NCBI GenBank assembly: GCA_011109175.1
Contig: RDEW01000002.1
Span: 1,058,676 to 1,122,675, forward strand
From: Dicyema japonicum
Lineage: Eukaryota; Animalia; Dicyemida
Direction of reading: 5' to 3'
Length of the DNA: 64,000 nucleotides
Positions 50,976-62,971 of the stretch are shown piece by piece. Made by a program: the position numbers and the translations under genes. The number at the start of each line of letters is the position of its first letter. Position 1 is the stretch's first letter. The notes under the pieces were generated by a model. That model was not told the origin of the DNA, made no database searches, and saw only the letters and a program-made list of their open reading frames with translations.

Positions 50976-52460
50976 ATTTATTAACCTCGGGATCACCGAG
51001 AAAGAAAGACAAAATAAAGTCAACTAGTTAGGTGATCCTAGTTTCCGCAACCATCCTAAGCCTGTGCGTCTCCATTGTTTTTTTTACCCCAAGATCACCG
51101 GATTAGAAAAATTAAAAGTTAACTACTAACTAAGTGATCCCGGTTTTCCGGGTTCTGGCTCTCGTTCGGGGTCCTCGAAGATCCAACAGAATTGGTTGAA
51201 ACGGGGACGGTCTCATTCTCCATAGATTTCCCGCATTTTCTAGATAGTCAGATATAGATAGTGAAAGCGGACAGCCGGTTTTTATTGCCCACTGTAGAAA
51301 TGACTTCACTCTCCACCTTAGGTGTTCTTTAACATTCAATACGTTATCCACAGTTTTCTTATTTATTAGTTTCAAGGCAGCAAGTTGTTCAGCTTCTAAT
51401 TTTTTGAGACGACGATTCAGAAATCATCGAGCTCCAGGAGGGACATGCATATTCGATTACTGGCATATATTGTCTGTAAATTTTCTGTAGTAAGAAGGTG
51501 TTGCGCCCGATTGGTGATCGGGACAGAATTTTCAATATGTTGGTCCCCTCCTGACTTTGGTAATAACGTCATTGACATGTTGGCCGAATGTCAGGAGAGG
51601 ATCTAACTTTAATCTAGTATTGTTGGAGACTTATTCATAGGAATTTCATATCCAAACAATTTGATTTTGGGAGAGTATGATGATCTTCTATATGTAGAGA
51701 AAATTGTTATAAACGACTTTCCTGCAGAAACTTCCAGTCGATTTGATGTGAGCCAATGTTCCAGCATACTAATATAACTTTGAAGTTTTATCCCTGCCTT
51801 CTCATAGTTAGAGTCTCTCGTTGAAAGAACAATGTCATCTGCGTATGAGAGTATTAATGTATCGGAATCGTCGTTGGTGGAAAGTCATTGGTGTACAGGT
51901 TGAAGAGCAGGGGAGAGAGAGGTGAACCTTGAGGAGACCATTCGGCAATAAACGGGATTTAGATTTTCTGTTGTCTGACATCACTTGTCCTCTTCTTCCA
52001 CTTAAAAAGTTCGACAGCCATCTTTTAATGTTTGGATTTAAAAGAGTGTTAGAAATTTTCTCTATAAGCAGCGTCCGGGAAACGGAGTCGAATGCTTTCT
52101 TCAAGTCTATTGAAGCCATTATGGTCCTTTCATGTGGTTTTGGATAAGAGAATCCATCAGAAATATATTGAGTTAATTTTGTTAAGTGAGTGAGTCTCCA
52201 TTGTTCCCACTGTCGAACGGAAATGTTTTCTTTAATCTTGCATAGAAAGCCGATTGGGGAAGGAAATTTCTTTGCCAACCGATTTTCTTTTGCTTGGAAC
52301 AGTGAGAGACTTAGTAGGTGTCCATCTTCCTTGCAAATTCAAAGAAATCCGGAACCACATTTACGAGTTGTGGATTCTGTCAGCAGGGGAGGTATTTTTG
52401 TTCCACATTGCAAAAACGACGTTGTATTCGCTGGTAGAAATATTATTTCAATTTGGTTTA
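50975..52460 (-). mobile_element. LINE 3' fragment split by a second 1.1-kb LINE copy (51080-52189)
   Basis: 16-bp TSD GTG(C/A)GTCTCCATTGTT at 51064-51079 and 52190-52205. Inner copy has 'SIDLKKAFDSVSR', 'LLPNG..QGSPLSP', SYADD and ends RKTGIT*; outer copy ends RMVAETRIT*. Confidence 0.85.
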
Positions 52461-52479
52461 AATCAATCAAAACCTAATG

Positions 52480-52900
52480 ATCAATCAAACCTAACCAAAA
52501 TCACCATGGTAATTAACTAATTATGAGGGAAGGCTATCAGGTGATCCCAGTCTCTTTCAGTATTGATCTCTACTTTTCCCGGTATTTCTCTTTGGAATCG
52601 ATGCAATCCTGTAAGTTCGTTTTATGGCGATTTTTCACATTGAGCGAATTAATTTATTTAAACCATGGTATCACCGATAAAGACAGAAAAAAACGTCAAA
52701 CAGTTAGGTTTTCCTAGTTCCCGTAATAAATCGAGCCATCCAATGTCTGTGGTCTTTTACAGTTCCCACTACCGTGCGAAAGAGGCTTATCTCATTCCAG
52801 CAGAGGAATCAGATTGGTGAGAGGAACTGTTAACAATCGGTTTTATTTTGAATTGTAAATGTACAGACGGGAAGGAATGACTATGTGAGAAACGGGAATA
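52480..52900 (-). mobile_element. Two further stacked truncated LINE 3' ends
   Basis: Tails at about 52490-52550 and 52660-52720; the body at 52720-52890 is homologous to 36960-37200. Confidence 0.65.
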
Positions 52901-52960
52901 GTTTATAATAAATTGTAATTATAAATTAATAATAAATAATTTAAAGTTATATCTATAGAT

Positions 52961-53494
52961 ATGGATTCAATATCTGAAATAACCCATTTCTTTATTTAAG
53001 TGGAATTAGTGGAATGAAAAATAATAATTTATCGAGATTCTCACTAATAATAAACTGTGCTGCTGAAATTAACAATCAAACGGATTACAGAATTCACACC
53101 ATTCATCTTCACCTTATGGATAACCCATCAGCACCAATATCACAAACATTTATGGACTGTTGTAATGCCATTGATAGAGTTTATTTTAATATACACAATT
53201 ATAGATTAGAAGAACTGGCAATAAGTGCCTCGTGCATTGTGTACGGGGAATCAGTCGATCAGCCACAATCTGCATTGCTTATTTGATTTGGGCACAAAGA
53301 CTTACTTTAGGGAGACATATTATATCATTAAATTAAAACGAAACTGTATTAACCCCAATTGTGGGTTTTGGGATCAACTCATAGAATGGGAGAGGAGATT
53401 GAGTGGACGTACAACAGTATGTATGCTCAATGTTGGATATGGAAGAATACCAGATGTTTATAGAGAAGAATATTCACGATACAAGTGGAGATAG
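52961..53494 (+). CDS. Atypical dual-specificity phosphatase (DUSP14/18/21-like)
   Basis: 'ISEIT.FLYLSG', 'LIINCA.E', 'DNPSAPI', catalytic 'LVHCVRGISRSATICIAYL', 'INPNCGFWDQLI.WE'. 26-nt intron at 53179-53204; 1-nt deficits at about 52985 and 53306. Confidence 0.85.
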
Positions 53495-53559
53495 AGAATT
53501 AACTATTTTATACTAAATTACTGCATACTTTTCATTTATTCTCTCATCACGTTAACAGG

Positions 53560-54550
53560 GGACTCAGGATGTCCTGAAGGCAATTCTAAAGAAGAGTCCC
53601 TTCCCTCCTGGTGATTACATATCCAGACTGTGTAACCAGCTCATCCTCATCCAAACTCGAAAAACAAAACGGAGAAAACACGTTTGTTTCCAACACTATT
53701 ACAACTGTTCATTCAAACTCTACTTTTAGAGGAATCCACGAGGGACCATGGCCGTGGTTTCCTATGTTTCTTAAAATCAGGAAACCCATGCGATCGCTCA
53801 CGTAGAGGAATCCAGGGGGGTCCTAAAGAAAGATACCAAGTTCCTTTTTAGACATTCGCGAGGCTCTACTTTTCTATAACTGAGATATTGGAAGACCACG
53901 CAAAAAGAGTCTGGGAATTAATGAAAGCTGGGGTCACTTAATTAGTTGTTTTTAACATCTTTCTTGGTGATCTTTGGGTTTTCAAATAAATTAGAAAAAC
54001 TTTCTTGAAGAATAATAAACCAACAAACTACTAACGATTGCACATTTTAAATCAAATTGACTTTATTTAAACAATTATTAGTCAATTGGTCCCCACCGAC
54101 ATAATTGATTTGCTTTGCCTCTCACGATGGTAACGCACATCAACTGGAGAAGCTACTGAGTCTCACTATGTCATGGATTTTGATATAGCCAGACATCCAG
54201 TTCTTGAGCAAATGAAGCGAGTTCTACAGCAACCCGGAATAACCAATGCTTAAAATATTTTTGAGATTCCCGATACAGACTTCTATGAAAAAGCTAAACG
54301 TCGCATCAACCATTGAATATTTCACGCCAGCGAGATTTGTTCAAAATGGCCACGTCTCCTAAACATTCACTTGACCAAAGTCAAATTATATCAGGAAGTC
54401 TGCCAAGATACGAGAACAAACCTATCCGTTTGTGGAGATTAATATTAATCCCAAAACAAATAAAGAAGAAAGCTTAGTGTGGATACCGAGATCACTTAAT
54501 TTAAATGATTACTCTTATCCTCTTTCTTGTGGTTCTGATGTTAATGAATT
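53560..54550 (+). mobile_element. Two LINE 3' fragments with stem-loop tails
   Basis: ELMKAGVT* plus GGGGTCACTTAA..GGTGATCTTTGGGTT at 53925-53985; a second tail CCGAGATCACTTAA.. at 54485-54550. Confidence 0.65.
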
Positions 54551-54599
54551 ACATTAAATTATTGTTACCTCGCAGTCCAGAGGAAGAATAGTCAAATGA

Positions 54600-56500
54600 C
54601 TCATTCCAGCGAAGTCCAATAGTGTTATGAAGGACTTGCCGTGTCAAATGGCTGCAGCTTGAAAAAGACGATAGATATGCCAACCACCAGCGCCGATCTT
54701 AGACCGACACCCCCAAATCCAGAGGGAAGCTTACATTGTTTCCAACCAAGTTCGTCGAAGCGGACGTTAATTAGTGACTCAACAGTTTGCTTGAGAGATT
54801 TGTCTATTGAAAGTAGACTGTCGTATTGTTCGTAGCAGGGTGAACATCGAGTGGATGTAAAAGCTTAGGTAGTCCAATGTTGTTTCTCATCAGGAAGAAG
54901 GATGTGTGAGAGTCAAGACATGACAATCTTTTCGCAAGGCGTGTTAATTCTTCATTTTTGGAAAGTAGATGGTTATTGAGTTCTTCTTCGCTGAGTGGCA
55001 TCCGAGGAAATATAATTTATCAACTGCACGGTCGGGATCCAGGAAGCAGTTCGTAAAAAACTCATTGATAGAGAGGAAAGTCGGTGTATGGATATGAGAC
55101 ATTTATTAGCTCTGATTTGTTAACATTGATGTCCAAGTCCAAGTGTTTAAAGCGCGGCTAACGCTTTACGTAATGAATTGTATGTTTCCTTGAACGATCC
55201 TCCAATTGTGGCATCATCGAGGTACTAGAGATTTAGCTGAGCATCAATTGATCTCAACAACATCATCAATGGTCAGGGCAAATAAGAGAAATCCGAGCGG
55301 ATCTCCTTGTTGAACCCCCGTTTTTGATTTAATAATTTCATTTTCAAAAACCTGAGACGTATCGTACCCATTGACAAGAGGGAAAAGCTTTGGAGCCCCT
55401 TTTGAACCTCAGCCTCACATCCGTTCTGGATACTAACACACATATTTGTTTAGGAAAGAACTCCTCTCCAAGTTGTCGGCTCATCAGGGTCGATTGCTAC
55501 CTTTGCTGGAAGTCTTCTAAAATAGTTCCCCGACCGCAATGGGGCGGATTTTTTTTTGACGAGTTGACGCCGTCATCAGTGAATACTCACTGCGGAACTG
55601 GATTTGTCTTAGAAAGGACACTCACACAAGAAAAAGAAAAAAAAAAAAAAAAGAAGTGTGAAGATCATTCCTTGGTTCTACGATAGTTAAAATTAACTGT
55701 TCTTTACTTAAATAAAGTGTGTGTCCTGCCTATGCGCGGAGCTATAAAATACTATGGCTTCTCGTGAAAAGGCTTTAAAAAAAATGGGGCGGATTCCTCC
55801 ATTGGATTTTTTGAAAGCAAGTAGCCTTGCGAAAAAAAGCAATGCTCTGGCATATTCGCCGTTAACCATTTTTCTGATTAGGTTAGTAATTGATTTGACA
55901 ATACAGCGTCCAGCTTCCGAGGTGTAAGTAGACGTAGGGTCCTTAATATGGCCAGGAGTTTGTTCCACTCGATGTTGAAACATCTGGTTTCCATGCGCCT
56001 CTGGAATTCTTAAATCATCTAGGGAATCGGATTTCTGCATGAACATGAGATCCTGTGGCCGCAGCTAACCCCTATAACAAAATTTTTATCGTTTTTCATT
56101 ATCCATAGTGACCCATTGGACTAAACAAAGTAGTTTCTTGATGTGATGATTAAATAACCAATGGCATGAGAGGGCATATCGTTTATGAATAGGTTTGCAC
56201 TGTAGACTCTGTGATGTTGTTGTGAGTAATCTCTATTTAGCCCTTTATTTCTAAATGAATGAAATTATTCAAAATCCAAGAGTAGAACCAAACTAACTAA
56301 TTCCGTTAACCTGATGCGTTCCAGTAGAGTCCTCATCCAGGCACAGTGATCCAAAGGACATTGTCCGCGAAGCTAAGATCTAAGCCAGAACTCGCCGGCA
56401 TGGAGCGAAATAGTCTCCCTGGGGAATGAAGAGATGGATCCTTTGATTGCCTCCCATGAATTGGGCGTCACCTTGATCCGACGACGGAGAAGGAAAGTCA
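54600..56500 (-). mobile_element. CRE-type retrotransposon, degenerate
   Basis: 'KKSNGGIRPI', 'GVQQGDPLGF.LF.L', 'YLDD.TIGG', 'L..LA.RL..LDSH..FFL.RN..GLPKL', 'LG.RSALVV..S..F'. Confidence 0.75.
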
Positions 56501-56573
56501 ACTTTCAATCAAGCAACAACATTGGACCACATAGCAGCACGCGGTCGATTTTTTTAATAAGTTTATGAGAATT

Positions 56574-58715
56574 TATTTATTTATTTAATAACCCCGGGAA
56601 CACCGAGAAAGAAAGACAAAAGAGTCAGACAGTTAGGTGATCCCAGTCCTCGCAATCACTTGTGCCATTCGACGTCTGTGATCCTCCATCGTCCCCACTA
56701 CTTTCCGGAAGAGCCTTCTCTCGGTCTTGCAGAGGAATCCGATCGGGGAGGGGAATTTCTTATCCAATCAGTTTTCTCTTGCCATGGGAAGGATCAGGCG
56801 AAGCGGATTTCCATCTTCTTCACAGAGGCGAAGAAATCCGGAGCCACTACTACGGATCTTAGTTTCCATGAGTAGTGGGTCGACTGTTGATCCATTACGT
56901 GGGGAAAGCATACTGATTGTTTTCCGGTATATCGAGTTGATTCGTTGGACCAAAGACTCCGATAGCCCGAATCTTCATGCAACGGAGGCATACTCAATGG
57001 CAGGCGCGATTGTTTGTTGGTAGAGTGTAGAAACGGAAAAGTCCATGTTCCTCGTGGTCCTCCGAACAAGGGCGCGTATAACGTTAACTTTCTGGAGGCC
57101 CCTGGTGATCATGTCTGTTGCGTGGGAGTTGAATTTGAGAAGGCTGTCGTACTTGACTCCAAGGACAGTGGGGGACCTTGTCACTGGAATCCTAGTGGGA
57201 CCAATGAAAAGACTCGGTTCATCCTTGGAACGACGGTCCGACGTGAATGTGGAACAGATAGACTTGGTTGCAGAAATCGTTAAGTCGATTGCCACAATCC
57301 AATCGTGGAGAATGTTCAATTTTGTCTGAGTTTTAAGGGATGCGACTTGCGTCGAGCGGTTCCGTATTGCAATGACTACGTCGTCTGCGTAGGATAATAC
57401 AGGGAATCTTCGTCTCCATCATTAGGTAGGTCGTGTAGGAAAAGGTTGAATAGAATTGGTGAAAGTGGAGACCCCTGGGGTACCCCGTTCGGTAGTAATC
57501 GTGATCTAGATCTGAGATCACCACTGACTACTCTTCCACGTCTTCCAGACAAAAAGTTGGCCAGCCATAATTTCACATTCGGACGAATATTAGTAGAAAA
57601 AATTTTTCCAACCAAGATTTTCCTCGAAACAGTGTCAAAGGCTTTGTTGATGTCAATAGAAACCAAGATTGTGCGTTTGTGAGGCGGAGGATGGGTGTTA
57701 AAACCGTCGGCAATGAACTGCGATAAAGTTGCCAAGTATGTAGCGGTGGACCTACCGCGGAGGAAACCATGTTGAAATATAGGACGCGGAAGATACGGAA
57801 TAATGACTGATAATACAAGTTTCTCCATAATTTTTGACAGTGTGCTGGTAACGGAAATAGGCCTGTAGGATGCAGGTTCTGTCTCTGGTTTCCCAGCCTT
57901 CAATATCGGTCTGATGATAGAATTCTTCCAAATCTTAGGAATAATATTATAGTTAATGGACAGATTGTATATATGCGTGAGGTAGCCAATTGCGTAGTGG
58001 CTTAGGTGTTTTAGGTGAATAGAAGATACTTTGTCAGGCCCGCACGCCCGTGAGCTCTTTAATCTGGTGATCACATCCAAGACTTGGTCATCTGTGAATA
58101 GTTCGTGATAAGGTTCCTTCTTCGGTTTATGGGACGCACCTTAATTCGGTTTATGGGCACGCACCTTAATGTCCAGGTGTTTCGAGAATGATTTGAAGCT
58201 AATTCCAGCGTAATGTTTCATAAGGGTGTTAGGATGTAGGTGGCATAAGTGTTCAGGAGAAGACTTTCCGGTTCCGTCTGCATCATCTAGCTCTGACTTG
58301 ACTTGTTTAAGAGTTTTCCAGAAATGTCGGGATGTACTTTTCCTGTCGAGGTGGTTAACTAGATGCTGCCATCTCTTGTCCTTGTGTTCTTTTATGCTCT
58401 GACAGATCCTTTTATTCAGTTGTCTGAGGGCTGTCAAAGACTTGATGTCCAACAGATGGCATCTCTTCAGCCGGTCTCTTTGTTTTATAAGACTTATTGT
58501 ATAAGAGCTGAGGGTAGGAATAAACTTCTTGTATGACGATATAGGAATAAAAATATGGTCAGCTTTCTGAATGGCAGCGCTGATAATTTCTGCGGCCTCG
58601 TCAATAGAGCGTATTGGGGAGGATAATCTCCCGGCCAAGAATTTATCCACAAGGTTACTGAAACCAGACCAGTCAACCTTCGTATAATCCTTGAATCTTT
58701 TTGATTCCGCCAGCC
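56574..58715 (-). mobile_element. Longest I/Jockey-like LINE copy (2.1 kb, 5'-truncated)
   Basis: 9-bp TSD ATGAGAATT at 56565-56573 and 58716-58724; RT 'GPDKVS..HLK', 'PASYRPIS', 'DGFN..PP..RT..V.ID..KAFD', 'GVPQGSPLSP.LFN', YADD; ends IARTGIT*, stem-loop and (TAAA)n tail. Confidence 0.9.
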
Positions 58716-58815
58716 ATGAGAATTCAAAGATTTATAATTGTTAGTGTTTATTATTTATTATAAATATATTTAAAATAAATTTTAATTTATCGAAAAAATA
58801 AAATATTGTGGTCGA

Positions 58816-59122
58816 ATGGAGAATACTAGTTACTGTGAACAATGCACTCTAATGGGGGGAATTTATTCAAATGTGAGTGATCAACAGGGAAATAATATTA
58901 GCATATGTCGTTTGAGTGAGACGGGTGAGGTCTACTACAATTCTGAATGCGGAATGTCCAATATTAATGGACTACGAGAAGAAATGATTAGTCTTATCAA
59001 TTCTAAATTTGAAATGGTTATTAATTTATTTATCATAGCTCTCATCACAAATTGACAATATTAGAAAAGACATTGAATTAATCAACTATAAAATTAATAT
59101 CATTAGTGATAAAATTAATTAA
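58816..59122 (+). CDS. Small unknown protein (about 94 aa): Cys/Gly-patterned N-terminus (DUF333-like) plus a coiled-coil-like tail
   Basis: ATG after an AT-rich tract; a 22-nt GT-AG intron at 59017-59038 extends the frame to TAA at 59120-59122. Confidence 0.55.
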
Positions 59123-60769
59123 GTTTTAATTTTATTTTCTCTTCACAGTTAATGTTTACGATTTACTACGGATATATCCCTTCTTACGAATTAAAAGATC
59201 AATGTCTTTCAAGCAACAGTCACTAGGACTCTAAAATCGTGGGTATGGTGTGTTTATGACTGTTGTAAGAAGAGCTCCTAAAAAAGAAGATTATTGAAAC
59301 CACAAAGAACGTGTCTGATTGAAGCCTTTTAAAAAGAATATTGTTGAGAATATTAAGGATATTCTTAATCGGTGTTAAGAAAAGTCTTCTCAGGAACAAG
59401 TGGATGACTCACTTATGATCTCTCCTAAGATCACTCCTGCGTCGCGTAGTTTAAATACTAGCCAATTTGGAAACAGCTACGCAGTCAGGGCAGCCACTAT
59501 ATAACCGTTTACTCTCTTTTCTTTTCTTAATAAAAGATTTGGAAATTGCGCGTAAAACTCGAATTAGTCTGAGGAAATCGGTTTCTTTCACACTTAATTT
59601 TCCAGCATTAACGACCAATTGCTTTTACTATGGATCTTGGAAAGAGTGTCCCATTTGGTTTAAATGGGCAGTTTCTACAGAGTTTACGTCCATCTGAAGT
59701 GGTTCATAAGGGGATCTCTTCTGAAGTGGTTTTAAAGAGGGTTTTCGTCTGTACATGTAAGATGAAAGGAAGGAGCTTCACTCGGTACAGGACATCTCTT
59801 TTTTATCGTCGACATTTATACACTGTGACGATGTGTGGATTACCATTGGGAGATTGTATTCGAAGATTCGATTTGTGGACAGTATCATGCAGTTTTTTTA
59901 TTGACTCTTGAAGTCAATTTTGGTTTGAGATCTTAATTTTAAACATGTTGCTTTTTTGTTTCGAGGTTATGACATCCAAGGAACCAAATCATTATTCATA
60001 CACGAGTGGTGATAAACTTGGTATTTTTCTGGTGTCTTCACTTCTTGTTGCGCATGTGGATACTCCTACTATTCTTAGAGATATTGGAAGCGACTATATT
60101 CCCCGAGTCTGGAATATGCTAGCGCAAACATTTTGCTATGGAAGAGTATTTACATTGTTTTGCTAAACCTGTTATCTCGGGAGATTCTAAAACAGAGGTT
60201 CCAACGCATAAATCCATATCAAGCTGGAAATTTCAGAACGAAATCGCCTTTGGACAAAACTAAAACGGTGTCTGGATTATGTGGATCGAGAATATCTGAA
60301 GAGAAGAATACAGGATACTCAAAAGACTTCTTATTCAAAAAACAAGTCAATAAATGTGGAGGAATGAAACAGGAATGTTGGACACCAAGAACCCAACATT
60401 TTGGAAGTCACATTGGAGAATTTAGCTCATGGATCTATATCAGATGTTGTTGTTTTGAAGAGATCCAATGGCAGTGTTGTCACCGAAGCTAGTGTTTCTA
60501 ATGTCTTTCGGAGCAGCTCGAGAAAATTCAAGATACTGATCCAAAGGATCTGATTCCTGAAGAATCTCTTCTGAGTATGAAAATCCTAGAAGAGCATGTT
60601 GGGACACGTGAAACAAACCAATATGGAGTGCCGAAGCAAAGCTCCTGGAATTATCGTGATAAGAATAAAGCTTTTCAATGAAGGTCTGGATTGTCTGTTT
60701 GAAGCTCTCCGTACCCTATCTGAAGCAAATATCAATACAGGATATGTCTCATAAACTTGGTAAAATTCC

Positions 60770-61790
60770 ATTATCCGGATGATCCCAAAGCTAAGGAGAA
60801 TCGAGGACAGAATCGACAGATCCCCTGGGCTATAGACCTATAAGTTTGATAAACTTAATTTCAAAAGTCATGGAGAGGCTGTTTATAACAAAACTTACGC
60901 ATCATATCGAATCAAGGAATTTTCTCTGCAAAAGCAATGGTGCTTTTGCCCATGGATTTCATGTGAAGATTGTTTTTTCATATTAAACTTTAAGATTGAG
61001 AAAGCCCGGAATTTCATATATGAGCTGAGTGTCTTCTGCCTGGGTATATCAAAGGCTTTCAATAGTGTCAGCCATGACGCACTGTTATATCAGCTAGTCG
61101 CAGCTGAAATTCCAATACTTATACTCGATTGATTAAGGAATCTTCTTGCGGGGAGAAAATCATTTATGATGATTCACTTCTAAAGCGATTGTAATGAAGA
61201 GGGGAGTACCAAGACTCAGTCTTGTCCGAGTAGCTGAGGTCGAATCAGAACTTGTCGCCATGGAGCAAAATTTTCTCACGATAGAATGAATAGATTAATC
61301 CTTTGGTGTCTTCTGAGTAAGGTAGATTCGATGATGCCACTATAAGTAAGAAAGAGAAATCTTGAATCAGATAGCACCACTCGAGAAAGTGAAATTAAAT
61401 TACGGATTAATTTTGATTGCATCGTCTGTTTTTGGAGAATAAATCTTTTTTTACGGGTTAATGTCGATAAGGATGTCATAACTGAAGGAGTTTGTAGGTT
61501 ATACCCCAGAAGAGGCCTCTCCTTTCTGTCATCTCCACCAGCAGGTTTATCATCAGATTATTTCTTCGACCATCAGATACTTCTGGAGATTTGCCCTTTC
61601 CTTTCGAGGATTAGGCATATCAACTCTCTCCGACGGAAAACCCTGCGTCTTCTTCCTTGAATGAATATTTGGATAAAGGGTTATCCATTCTGAGAAATCC
61701 CAAAAGTCCAAGAGTTACTAGAAGCTGGGATCACTTAATTAGTTGGTTTTAAAACAATTTTGATTTTGTGGTTTCTAAAATAAATGTGTG
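60770..61790 (+). mobile_element. Degenerate LINE (RT fragment plus 3' tail)
   Basis: 'DPLGYRPISLINLISKVMER', 'DISKAF.SV.H..L'; ends ELLEAGIT* at GCTGGGATCACTTAA (about 61722). Confidence 0.7.
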
Positions 61791-61949
61791 ATCATTTATC
61801 AGTCAAATATCCAACTGATACGTACTTACGTTTGTAGTCGTATCTAAAGTTATTGGATCCTCTTCTAACTACAAACAGCCCAAACTAATCTAAAAGTTAT
61901 GGATTCAAAGGCAGAATAACAAGATCGATATAACTCAAAGTTTATAGGT

Positions 61950-62560
61950 TCAGTGTTATTTGATAAAATATTCAACATTTTTATTGCTTTTTTTAAATTT
62001 GTAACAGCATGATTTGTTCCCCAAGCAACATAAGTACAACTCATTATAGGTTCAATGTATTGTTAGTAAAGAACATCTAATCCACTGAGACCTCGGAGGT
62101 TCATAAAAGAGCCCTAAAAGTAAAGCTTCTTCGCGCAAGCTGCTATCACACTTTCGACATGAGGGGAAAAGTTAAATGCACGACGAAGGTTACACCCAAG
62201 ATTTTCTGGGTCTTTTTCTGAGGGATTTTATTTCCATAGAGAGTGATGTCTATAATACACACTCTTAGTTGTGAACAAAGTCAAAACTTACTTTCCTGTA
62301 CTTGCCTGTAACTGATTTTTGTCAAGTTATAAACTAAGATTGTCCAAACAATCCTATAATCTACATGCAGCATTTTTTCGATGCGCCCAATGTCGTCTGC
62401 GTAGGAAAGCAGGATTTGGTTATCTCCATTTACCAGCGGTAGATCGTTCATTATTAAATAGGACATGAAATAGAAAAGATGTTGTGAAATCCCATCCGGT
62501 AATTGCCTTGACATAGAACATCGGTTTCCATGATGCCTCTACCCCAACCTTCACTCAAAA
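61950..62560 (-). mobile_element. Degenerate LINE RT C-half
   Basis: 'MNDLP......LLSYADD', 'LGV.F...F.FS.HV', 'LY.QYIEPI..C..VAWG'. Confidence 0.6.
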
Positions 62561-62971
62561 AATTCCCCAACCATAGTTTCAAATTTGAATCATTATTCAG
62601 GGAATTGATTTTTTGTGTAATAATTTTTCGCGAAACAGAATCAAAAGCCTCTGGATATCAATCGAGCAGACAATTGACTTTCTTGTTTGGGCTTTTTACA
62701 TATGTCATCATAAATTTCTTTGTAGAAGTTAAACACGATGTAGTCGATAGTACTTTCTTAAAAACATTCTGAAATGTGAGGGGAATGAAGGGTGAATCCG
62801 TCACAGAATCAAATTTCAAGAATTCTCAATTGGACACATAAAAGAAATATACCTCTTGGAGCCCTGGTTTTCTTTCGGTTTCTCCGATTATTATTAATTT
62901 ATTTTATTTATTAATAAATTTAAAATAATTGGTTAATAATTCAAAATTATAAATTCTCGTCATCCTTGTTA

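Noticed and set aside
58121-58169. 24/25-bp tandem duplication inside the LINE (and a similar one at 5557-5612)
   Set aside because: Isolated local duplications in dead elements; may be slippage or assembly artefacts and show no shared pattern.
59150-60700. Several 70-120-aa ORFs as a possible gene or transposase
   Set aside because: No motif I can assign and no coherent splice path; left unannotated.
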